A stretch of DNA of 64,000 bases from a virus. Location of the stretch: the IMG/VR virus record IMGVR_UViG_3300046171_000284, positions 6,908 to 70,907 of that record. One strand, written 5' to 3'. Every line of letters begins with the position of its first letter. Positions within the stretch are counted from its first letter, which is position 1. This document shows, one piece after another, positions 20,391 to 28,421 of the stretch. Position numbers and translations under genes: made by a program. Under the pieces are notes generated by a model. The model saw only the letters and a program-made list of their open reading frames with translations, was not told the origin of the DNA and did not search any database.

Positions 20391-21056
20391 TTGGAAAACA
20401 CTAGGGATTTTCGACAACTTAAAATCTATAAAGTTAGAACAAAGCAACATCCAAAATATATGCGAAATAATACAAACTCGTACAGTCCAACAGCGACACC
20501 TCTCCAAATTCTTGGAGAACTCGATGGTTCCAACTTGGGATCACAACCTAAAAATAAGAAACCGGTTGTTCGGAGGTGCAGATTGGAAAAATCAAATGTA
20601 TTCTTCAAAGACCAAAGGTTCGGACTCCTAACAGGATTAACAGTAGCAAGTAAAATACTACAGCATCATCTAGTATTTACATCGTCAAAATTCGGCGGAA
20701 CTTGGAAAGAACCCGGTGAATCTACTATCACAATCAAAATCGGAAAATGGATTGATGAAGGTAAGCTTCCAACAATTGTAGCAAATACAGGCGTTGCAGA
20801 TGCCGGAGTACAAGTACAAAAAGGATCTAGATTAGTAAATCTAGACACCGTACGAACAATGTTATTAAATCTCGAAAATTGGGATTTAAAACTAAATGTA
20901 CCTAATTGGGAAAAACATAAAGTACAACGAGGCAAAAGAAAGCATAAAGCTAAAGAGCATAACGAAATATTAGTCTACAGTAACGATGTCGATGTTCTTA
21001 CAAAAGAACATTGGATTATTAGATTAATAAAATTCTTCTTGCCTTGGACAAAATAA
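20391..21056 (+). CDS. hypothetical protein
   Basis: 221-aa ORF; start uncertain because it overlaps ORF 20335-20631. Confidence 0.55.
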   Translation: MENTRDFRQLKIYKVRTKQHPKYMRNNTNSYSPTATPLQILGELDGSNLGSQPKNKKPVVRRCRLEKSNVFFKDQRFGLLTGLTVASKILQHHLVFTSSKFGGTWKEPGESTITIKIGKWIDEGKLPTIVANTGVADAGVQVQKGSRLVNLDTVRTMLLNLENWDLKLNVPNWEKHKVQRGKRKHKAKEHNEILVYSNDVDVLTKEHWIIRLIKFFLPWTK

Positions 21057-21058
21057 TC

Positions 21059-21139
21059 ATGGCTTGGGATATAATAATTATTCTTTTTCCAATGTTACTA
21101 ATGTTTTGGTTCGTATGGAAAATCGGACAAATCGAATAA
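21059..21139 (+). CDS. 26-aa membrane peptide
   Basis: MAWDIIIILFPMLLMFWFVWKIGQIE, starting 2 nt after the previous stop. Confidence 0.5.
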   Translation: MAWDIIIILFPMLLMFWFVWKIGQIE

Positions 21140-21212
21140 ATTTCTCGATAACCGTAACAATAACGCCTTATGTACAATATCTTGTACATGCTAGCTCTTG
21201 GAGAAATCTAAC

Positions 21213-21425
21213 ATGACTGTTACTTTTCAATCAGGTGTCGCACAAATCACTCGTGATTTCGACGCAGGTACTACCTTGGGTCAAGCTTTGGAAGTCGTCC
21301 GTCCCGCACTCAATGTTGGTACTGTTTCCGCAGTATCCAACGGAGTTGAGATCGGACAAGGCGACGCAATTGATGGTTTCAACCATATTCAATTGCACGC
21401 CCAAAGCCACTCTAAGGCTGTATAA
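21213..21425 (+). CDS. ubiquitin-like (beta-grasp) protein
   Basis: 70 aa, GGAG RBS upstream; pattern TVTF...GTTLGQAL...VSNGVEI...I.G...IQL...SKAV; lies upstream of E2, E1 and JAB genes. Confidence 0.7.
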   Translation: MTVTFQSGVAQITRDFDAGTTLGQALEVVRPALNVGTVSAVSNGVEIGQGDAIDGFNHIQLHAQSHSKAV

Positions 21426-21598
21426 GCGTTAAATAAGAACTATCATTAGTAGTTCAACTGACCTCAATAAGAGGAACCACACTGCTTACTAAATCATAAT
21501 ATACAAGCAATCGGGTCTAAGTACTTGAACCCGCGAAATCAATACCTGAACCATCCTACATTATAGACAATGTAGATCATGATCAGACAACCAAATTT

Positions 21599-21645
21599 GA
21601 GCTAGCTATGGAGACTAAACCCTCCGTAGCTAGCTCTTTTTTTTT
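21599..21645 (+). terminator. intrinsic terminator after the Ubl gene
   Basis: GAGCTAGCTATGGAG / CTCCGTAGCTAGCTC 15-bp stem plus T9. Confidence 0.85.
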
Positions 21646-21675
21646 CAACCTAAATCATAATAAAACAAATCAAAT

Positions 21676-22500
21676 ATGACATATCATAATAAAGAAAAAT
21701 ATATAATCCAAGGTGACAACATCATCTTGGAAACAACAACCAAACAAATCGTATTAAATACAAGACTACAAGATGTAGTATTCGATCCAACAAATCGATT
21801 CTCAATAGATTCATCACTAAAAATGAATCCAATTACATCGCTGTCACAAGACAATTCAATCAGATACTTCGACTCAAACGAAATTCTATACAAAGTATCC
21901 AACATTGGTCAAAAAATATCGTTCAATTCACACGGAACACTGGCAAGTAACAACAGATGGACCCCAAGCTTCAGTTCACAATCCACAGATCCTCTATGGA
22001 AATGGGTAATAAAATCACGCTTCTCAACAACACCGGGATCAAACACAGGAATACTCAGAACATCATTCATATTAATTGAAATGTACAAAAAAGATAGCGG
22101 ACAGATACATTTAATGAATGGTAAACTCCTGTATGCAGAAGTAGACGACAAAGATTCAACTATCATCCATACTTTCGCACCACCGTTTCCAAATGTATAC
22201 GAAAACGGTCTGATATGCCTTGGTAGTCTAATCGAAACCGATGATTCAAAATTAGATCTACAAAATCCTAAAGTAATGACAGCAAAAATAATGTCAGACG
22301 GATGGAATCAAGATCTATACAGACCACAATATAATTGGGTAGAAAAAGGTGAATTAACACAAGAATTCACCTTACCGACTAATTTAAAAGACTCCAAAAT
22401 AACTCATGGATTCTTAAGAACAACAGATAAAAACGATCTGACACTAGTCACCCCAATGTTACACACAAACATTCTAAATGTATTCGGAGATCAATACTAA
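21676..22500 (+). CDS. prokaryotic E2/UBC-like conjugating enzyme
   Basis: APPFPNVYENGLICLG matches the E2 (H/F)PN-x4-G-x-IC active-site motif; Cys codon at 22216. Confidence 0.7.
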   Translation: MTYHNKEKYIIQGDNIILETTTKQIVLNTRLQDVVFDPTNRFSIDSSLKMNPITSLSQDNSIRYFDSNEILYKVSNIGQKISFNSHGTLASNNRWTPSFSSQSTDPLWKWVIKSRFSTTPGSNTGILRTSFILIEMYKKDSGQIHLMNGKLLYAEVDDKDSTIIHTFAPPFPNVYENGLICLGSLIETDDSKLDLQNPKVMTAKIMSDGWNQDLYRPQYNWVEKGELTQEFTLPTNLKDSKITHGFLRTTDKNDLTLVTPMLHTNILNVFGDQY

Positions 22501-22814
22501 TGGACTTAGAAAGTAAAATAATAACTGAAATAGAAAAAGCAGAAGACGACAATAAACTACTGTTTTTCAGATCAGGAATAGGTCAACACTTCAAAAACAT
22601 CAACGCTTGTTATGCAGTGTTGCTAATCAGACTATCACAACATCATAACTCAGTAGCAAGAATGTTAGTAGAAACTAAATCTGTCGATCAACCAATACAC
22701 AAAGATGACCCACTTATTGTACTCATGAAAAGTATAGAAATAAAACTTGATGAAATAGAAACAGACTTAAAAAACGCACTAATATTCGCAAAAAAATTAA
22801 ATAAAGAAAACTAA
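22500..22814 (+). CDS. hypothetical helical protein in the Ubl cassette
   Basis: TAATG overlaps with both the E2 and E1 genes. Confidence 0.65.
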   Translation: MDLESKIITEIEKAEDDNKLLFFRSGIGQHFKNINACYAVLLIRLSQHHNSVARMLVETKSVDQPIHKDDPLIVLMKSIEIKLDEIETDLKNALIFAKKLNKEN

Positions 22815-23494
22815 TGAAAATTAATATCATCGGACTCGGAGGAGTCGGCTTAAAAATACTCAGAGAATTAGTAGAATCTAACTTCGCCATTACAAGCATG
22901 AAGCTTTGGGATGGAGATGTAATAGAAGCACGCAACTTAGAGCGTCAAATCTACAGAACTGACCATATTGGCATGTCAAAATCAGAAGCATCAAAAGACA
23001 TGTACTGCAAAGAAAATGTTGTTGGATTTCCATGCGAAACATTCGGCGACATAAATCTAATTACTCTTAGAGAAAATCAAAAAAATATCTGCAATGATGA
23101 TGTTACATTCATCGCTACAGATAACAATGAATCAAGAGTATTACTACTCAACAATTGGAAAATAATGTCAAAAAACCATGTGCTAATCAGTTCAGCGAAT
23201 GCTACAGCAGACGAAGGAATTGGCATTGGTTCAACCGCATGGATCTACATGAAAGAATGGTACAACGATCCAATCAAAGACCCGATCATTAGAAACAATT
23301 TAGAATCTAATAATCATGTCAATATCGGCAGACCATGCTCAGAAACAAGCGAACCGCAAACAGCATTAGCTAACAGCGGTGCGTCTATCCGTGCAGTCGA
23401 ACTACTATCACTATGGAAACATGCAAGCAGTACTTCAATTGCTGACCATCTACCAATTGAACACTCACTATTCTACAAACAAACAACTATCTAA
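22814..23494 (+). CDS. ThiF/E1-like adenylating enzyme
   Basis: IIGLGGVG, WDGDVIEARNLERQ, ATDNNESR, and candidate catalytic Cys in RPCSETSEPQTALAN. Confidence 0.85.
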   Translation: MKINIIGLGGVGLKILRELVESNFAITSMKLWDGDVIEARNLERQIYRTDHIGMSKSEASKDMYCKENVVGFPCETFGDINLITLRENQKNICNDDVTFIATDNNESRVLLLNNWKIMSKNHVLISSANATADEGIGIGSTAWIYMKEWYNDPIKDPIIRNNLESNNHVNIGRPCSETSEPQTALANSGASIRAVELLSLWKHASSTSIADHLPIEHSLFYKQTTI

Positions 23495-23495
23495 T

Positions 23496-24308
23496 ATGAC
23501 CAAAACTAATTATATAATACCTAATTGGTACTACATTATAAAATCAAATAAAACACTTAACAGAGTATTCGAAAACTCAATAGAAAATCCAAACTCAAGT
23601 GCAGTAAAAGCAATACTGTTCAATAACTTTTCAGTACCAATGTCTGAAAAATTTGAATGTATTACTGATATTTTCAAATCAGTAATGTTGCACTGCAAAC
23701 AAAGTGATAAAAATAAATCAAGTGCGTATCATCCTACACACTTCCACCAAACTAATAATCATCCTTACTTTTGGAGAAATACCAACACAAAAACTATCAA
23801 AAATGGAACAATTAATACAAATGGAGACGGATTAACAGTAACACAAAGAATGTGGAGCCTGCCTGACATACAACTCGATGACTTCACTGCAAGAAGAACA
23901 GAATTATGGAGTGCATATAAAACAATAGAAGAATATGCAGGTAACGATGAAGGATGCGTATCAACAGAAGCAATGATTCGTTGTTTAGTAGATTTAGAAA
24001 GAAATGACGGAGAAATGACAGACAGCAATGTAGATAATCTTTTAGATCAGCTAACAGCAGAATGTGCTGATCATTGTGACTATGAAGAAACAGACTACGA
24101 TTACGAAGATAGAGATCATGAAGATACAACAGATTCATCTTGGTCATCATACAACAACGGAACTCTATCAAATATATTACATCGACTGAACACACTGTCA
24201 CCTGAACAAAAAGCTACAGTAGAAGAATACATCCGATATCTAAACAATGAAGAAACTCACATAACACTAGATTACATCATTCAAAAATTAACTCCAATAT
24301 CTCTATGA
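23496..24308 (+). CDS. hypothetical protein with acidic tract, in the Ubl cassette
   Basis: ATG at 23496 just after the E1 stop; DYEETDYDYEDRDHEDTTD. Confidence 0.65.
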   Translation: MTKTNYIIPNWYYIIKSNKTLNRVFENSIENPNSSAVKAILFNNFSVPMSEKFECITDIFKSVMLHCKQSDKNKSSAYHPTHFHQTNNHPYFWRNTNTKTIKNGTINTNGDGLTVTQRMWSLPDIQLDDFTARRTELWSAYKTIEEYAGNDEGCVSTEAMIRCLVDLERNDGEMTDSNVDNLLDQLTAECADHCDYEETDYDYEDRDHEDTTDSSWSSYNNGTLSNILHRLNTLSPEQKATVEEYIRYLNNEETHITLDYIIQKLTPISL

Positions 24309-25423
24309 AAACAATCATACATAAAAATAAAGTATTCCAAGAAGTAGAAACTGATTTCTACTCATCATGGAAAGAAACAATAGTGCCTGAAAAAGCACCA
24401 CGACTCAGTTGGAAAAAAGCAAAAATAACTCTAGATCAATGGAACGACATCAAGAACATTTGCGAATACACCAATAACAAACACAGCTCAGAATGCTTAA
24501 TCAGATTATACTTCAACTGCCAAAAAGACGAATGGGCAATGCTCATGCATCCTCAAGAAATGAATGGCATGACTGTTGATGATGACCTAGACACCGACTT
24601 AATACTATCATTAGGTGAAGGTTGGGCAGAAGCAGGTAGTGTACACCATCACTGTAGCTCAGGTGCATTTCAATCATCAACAGATGAATCAGATGAAATG
24701 CAAGCATCAGGACTACACATTACTATTGGTAAAATTGGATCTGATGAATACGAAATAGATGCACGATTCAGAGAAGGTGAATCATTCACAACTCCCAATC
24801 TATCTACATTCTTCGAAGTACCTAATTGGTTAGTCAATGATGTGCCGGATAAATTCCAATATGAAATATTCGAATACTTACTGTGCTCAAAAGGTAATAG
24901 TGATTTAGCAAAAGGTGATTGGATTGCACAATGCAAAGAAAAACCAAAATTAAATACAGTACACTCATACTCTCAAAGAGCAAGATACAGTGCATACGGT
25001 AAAAGCTCTTATCAAGTTACGCCCTACACTAACCACACAATACATAAAATACCTGACGCTGATCAAAAAGAACTATCATTAAATGATGCGACAGAATTAG
25101 ATGATTATGAACACGCACAAATGATTAAAGATGCTTGGAATGAACAAGAAAAAAAGATGTTCAATGTTATTGAAGATGTAGCATTACAGTATGATCTCGG
25201 TACTTGCGATGTACTCAGCATAATCGACGATCCTCTAAAAGAAATGGACGGTATATTAGTCAAAGCGTGGCAAGACATAAGAATGTTGGTAAAAGATACA
25301 CCAATGAATCTAACTGAAATAAGAAAGTTCATATCTAATGATCAAGACGATGTAGAACTAGTGCTTACAGTTGCACATGAATACAGTCCATATAACTACG
25401 GAACAACATATCCAATTGTCTAA
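24305..25423 (+). CDS. JAB/MPN+ metallo-isopeptidase
   Basis: SECL (Glu) followed by GSVHHHCSSGAFQSSTD = HxH-x7-S-x2-D, then GLHITIG. Confidence 0.85.
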   Translation: MKTIIHKNKVFQEVETDFYSSWKETIVPEKAPRLSWKKAKITLDQWNDIKNICEYTNNKHSSECLIRLYFNCQKDEWAMLMHPQEMNGMTVDDDLDTDLILSLGEGWAEAGSVHHHCSSGAFQSSTDESDEMQASGLHITIGKIGSDEYEIDARFREGESFTTPNLSTFFEVPNWLVNDVPDKFQYEIFEYLLCSKGNSDLAKGDWIAQCKEKPKLNTVHSYSQRARYSAYGKSSYQVTPYTNHTIHKIPDADQKELSLNDATELDDYEHAQMIKDAWNEQEKKMFNVIEDVALQYDLGTCDVLSIIDDPLKEMDGILVKAWQDIRMLVKDTPMNLTEIRKFISNDQDDVELVLTVAHEYSPYNYGTTYPIV

Positions 25424-25564
25424 TCAACTAAACAAAAACGAGAAACAAACACTCCGTACTGCGTTACGCAGACACGAAACGGAAACAATGCGAAAGACCA
25501 AGCCAAAAAGCTTGGTCTTTCGTATTCTTAACAACATTAAAGAAATAAAATTCAAACTTAAATT

Positions 25565-25867
25565 ATGAAATATAAAATATATTATACAGCACATATGTGT
25601 GATCATGTATATGTCGAAGCAGAATCTAGAGATGACGCACGAGACTTAGGACATGACATGGCAAACTCAGAACATCCTGAATCAGCTCATATAGACATTG
25701 ATGATGTAATATCAGAAGATGATGAAGCAACCAACTCAACCCACAACTATCATGACTCAGCTACTGTAGACTACGATGGTGATGTTCTCGATGAAGATCT
25801 AGATGCTGATGATGTATTTGAAGCACAGCATTCAAAATCACCAACTATAGAATATGAAAAAATATAA
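25565..25867 (+). CDS. small acidic protein (DpnD/PcfM-like pattern)
   Basis: MKYKI...VEAESRDDARDL. Confidence 0.6.
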   Translation: MKYKIYYTAHMCDHVYVEAESRDDARDLGHDMANSEHPESAHIDIDDVISEDDEATNSTHNYHDSATVDYDGDVLDEDLDADDVFEAQHSKSPTIEYEKI

Positions 25868-26030
25868 AGTAACATTCTTAGCAATAACTGAGCGTAACTA
25901 CGAAGTTGATGCAGAAAACTTTGAAGAAGCAAAAGAATTTGCATCTACTGATTTAGAAAATGATATCGAAGTAAGTAATGCGTGGAAATCAGACGCAAGA
26001 ATAGTAGATGTCGAAGAGCAAAATAACTAA
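25854..26030 (+). CDS. small acidic protein, paralogue of the preceding gene
   Basis: Translated by hand: MKKYKVTF...EVDAENFEEAKEFA..., 58 aa. Confidence 0.6.
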   Translation: MKKYKVTFLAITERNYEVDAENFEEAKEFASTDLENDIEVSNAWKSDARIVDVEEQNN

Positions 26031-26032
26031 AC

Positions 26033-26072
26033 AAAATAGGTACAGATGTTAACAGCATTTGTACCTATTTTT
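26033..26072 (+). terminator. intrinsic terminator, possibly bidirectional
   Basis: AAAATAGGTACAGATGTT...AGCATTTGTACCTATTTTT. Confidence 0.75.
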
Positions 26073-26218
26073 GTGCTACGACATCACTCATTCGCGTTGG
26101 GCTACTATCATCCCTATTGCCCACAAACTTGTCGCCATCTCTCACTCAACACACCTCGGTCGGTCGGGTGTGAGCCAATAGTTTTATTTAACCCCCTTCT
26201 CTTTTACTTGGTATTTGT

Positions 26219-26842
26219 ATGAATACATTAGTACAATATATCGATCTGATTAAGGCTGTTTTACATGCCTTAGTTCAGTCACCACTAGTTAGCGAAGATG
26301 ACAGCAAATACGGATCAGACCGATTCCATACAGCTGAATACTCTGCATACGGCAAGGACGAAGAGGGTAACACCGTGATCAAACATGTCGTTCGCGCTCA
26401 GATCAACGGGGTTAAAGCAAGATTCTATTGCAATACTTCGGATCGTTGGGAAGCTTGCGTCAAGGCTCTTGCCCGAAGAACGGTTACGATCAGTAATCCA
26501 ACACTATCATTAACAACACCTGCGTATGGTGATCAGGCTCAAATGTCCGAATTTATCGGTGCTTTCAATGCCGTAATAAATACGCATGGTAAGGGTTTTC
26601 GTGCGTCTCTCAGGGATGAGGATGATACGGATTGGCTTGATTTTCCTGAAGCTCAGGACATGATGCTTGATGAGAATGTTCAAACAAGTACCACTGATTA
26701 CTTGGGAATGATCGCAAATCCGAATGCTCAGGCACAGCCCCAAACGCAAACTGCTCCGACTCCGAATGTTGCACCTCAAGCAATACCTCAGCCGGTTCCT
26801 GTTCAGCCTGCCCATGACGCAGTGCCGAATGTCTTCGCTTAA
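26219..26842 (+). CDS. hypothetical protein with Q/P-rich tail
   Basis: 207-aa monocistronic ORF with its own terminator. Confidence 0.7.
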   Translation: MNTLVQYIDLIKAVLHALVQSPLVSEDDSKYGSDRFHTAEYSAYGKDEEGNTVIKHVVRAQINGVKARFYCNTSDRWEACVKALARRTVTISNPTLSLTTPAYGDQAQMSEFIGAFNAVINTHGKGFRASLRDEDDTDWLDFPEAQDMMLDENVQTSTTDYLGMIANPNAQAQPQTQTAPTPNVAPQAIPQPVPVQPAHDAVPNVFA

Positions 26843-26853
26843 TTATTAACAAT

Positions 26854-26893
26854 AAATAGTCCGTGATCCGTATGGTGATCGGACTATTTTTTT
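26854..26893 (+). terminator. intrinsic terminator
   Basis: AAATAGTCCG...CGGACTATTTTTTT. Confidence 0.75.
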
Positions 26894-27240
26894 GCCCCGA
26901 CATCACGAATCGAACCCGTTCGCCAACCTGTTTGGGGAAAGGGGAACGCACGCGTGCGCGAGACAATAGATTTTATGTCTAGTGCAGTTGCGTACCAATA
27001 CGCTGTACACCAACGACTTATGGATTACCTTATGAAATTGGGTCACTATTGGCTCACACCCGACCGACCGAGGTGAGTTGTATCGAGGAAATATGGGAAT
27101 ATCTAGCGATACCCCCATATCCCCCCGATACCGTGAGAGATGGCGACGAGTTTGTGGGCGATAATGAGAAAATAAACAGTCCCCTGCCCCCACCACCGGG
27201 GGTAACCAAAAACAATAAACCGTCGTACTAGGTATCCTTT

Positions 27241-27284
27241 TACAAACGATATACACTACAAAATTTTTAAGCTATTCTTGCCGT
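27241..27284 (+). promoter_or_regulatory. putative late promoter TACAAACG-N24-TATTCT-N6-ATG
   Basis: Shared geometry with four other sites. Confidence 0.65.
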
Positions 27285-27692
27285 ATGGTACAAGCTGTAG
27301 CAGACACTACTGTCGCATCCAAAAAACTGAAAAGAGACATTTCGGACTTTTTGGTGGATGATGACATTGAAAAAGCACTTTTAACACTAAGGGAAGGTCT
27401 AAAAGCGACTAAAACTAATCGCTATAGAGATCCTAAAAACCCAAAAGGTATACAATATGGCGAAAAAGCAGACCACACAGTCAGATATCACTCAGCAAAA
27501 CTGTTATTGGAGTACGGATTTGGCAAACCTGCCACTAGAGCGGAGATTAGTATTACCGATGAAACAAAAAGAACCGCTTCTCCTGACGAAATTATCAAGA
27601 AAATTCAAAATTCTGCCCACTCTTTTAAGGAAATTGCTGATACTTATGTACATTCCCTTCCAAATGCCGATCTGAGCGAAAACGATGAGTAA
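27285..27692 (+). CDS. probable terminase small subunit
   Basis: Position upstream of TerL; ADHTVRYHSAKLLLEYGFGKP pattern. Confidence 0.5.
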   Translation: MVQAVADTTVASKKLKRDISDFLVDDDIEKALLTLREGLKATKTNRYRDPKNPKGIQYGEKADHTVRYHSAKLLLEYGFGKPATRAEISITDETKRTASPDEIIKKIQNSAHSFKEIADTYVHSLPNADLSENDE

Positions 27693-27882
27693 ATCTAAAG
27701 AAGTAGCACCCGCCGAGCAGTTTTTTAACGAATTATATGGTTGTTTTCTCCGTTGGTGGGAAGAATCTGATCTTGAAGAGGACGACATGGTGTCGATTGC
27801 CAATAATGTAATAGAACGCTTCACCGAAGCAGGGGTAGAATTTGATTCAGACATAGATCTGAGCGATGTGGAGGATGAGTAA
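27685..27882 (+). CDS. small acidic hypothetical protein
   Basis: 65-aa coupled ORF. Confidence 0.55.
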   Translation: MSKSKEVAPAEQFFNELYGCFLRWWEESDLEEDDMVSIANNVIERFTEAGVEFDSDIDLSDVEDE

Positions 27883-28019
27883 TGCCGGCAAAAAAGAAAA
27901 AATCTAGCAAAAAAGACCCCTGTTGGAAGGGGTATAAAGCAATCGGTATGAAAAGTAAGGGCGGTAGAAAAGTCCCTAATTGCGTACCTAACAAATCAAA
28001 AGGAAGGAGTAAACGATGA
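27882..28019 (+). CDS. small basic hypothetical protein
   Basis: Translated by hand: MPAKKKK...DPCWKGYKAIGMKSKGGRKVPNCVP, a pattern common in aquatic phages. Confidence 0.6.
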   Translation: MPAKKKKSSKKDPCWKGYKAIGMKSKGGRKVPNCVPNKSKGRSKR

Positions 28020-28067
28020 CTCATTGCGGAACTAGAAGAAAAAAGAAAACCAAGAAGAAAAAAGGTT

Positions 28068-28340
28068 ATGGCAAGTAAGAGAAAACCTAGTAACCCGATT
28101 CGGAAGACCACCAAGGGTAAAGGTGCAAACTACCGCCCCACTAAGAGCGGTGCAGGTATGACTGCAAAAGGGGTAAAAGCTTACCGAAAAAAGAACCCCG
28201 GATCTAAGCTAAAAACTGCGGTTACAGGCAAGGTAAAGCCGGGAAGTAAGTCCGCTAAACGAAGAAAAGCATTCTGCGCTAGGTCTAAGAGTTGGAATGG
28301 TGAGCGTGGAAAAGCCGCGCGTAGAAGGTGGAAATGCTGA
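28068..28340 (+). CDS. basic hypothetical protein (DUF6321-like)
   Basis: GMTAKGVKAYRKKNPGSKLKTAVT...RRKAFCAR...RRWKC. Confidence 0.7.
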   Translation: MASKRKPSNPIRKTTKGKGANYRPTKSGAGMTAKGVKAYRKKNPGSKLKTAVTGKVKPGSKSAKRRKAFCARSKSWNGERGKAARRRWKC

Positions 28341-28421
28341 TGTACGGACTATCTACAATTAAATTTATGAACACTCCTGAGCAGATCGCCAAAAGACGGG
28401 CTCTTGCTAGGAGGATGAATC

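Larger units (their letters stand above)
26115..27163. repeat. long inverted repeat flanking ORF 26219-26842
   Basis: 26147-26182 is the reverse complement of 27045-27080 (1 mismatch); 26115-26145 is the reverse complement of 27133-27163 (2 mismatches). Confidence 0.9.

Noticed and set aside
20335-20631. Separate CDS overlapping 20391-21056
   Set aside because: 240-nt same-strand overlap; cannot tell whether it is real, a frameshifted N-terminus or spurious.
22814-23494. Thiamine or molybdopterin biosynthesis auxiliary gene (thiF/moeB)
   Set aside because: No CxxC zinc motifs and no pathway genes; context is E2 plus JAB.
26219-26842. Second E1 substrate because it ends in ...VFA after a flexible tail
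   Set aside because: A two-residue resemblance to some CD-NTase tails is too weak to support.
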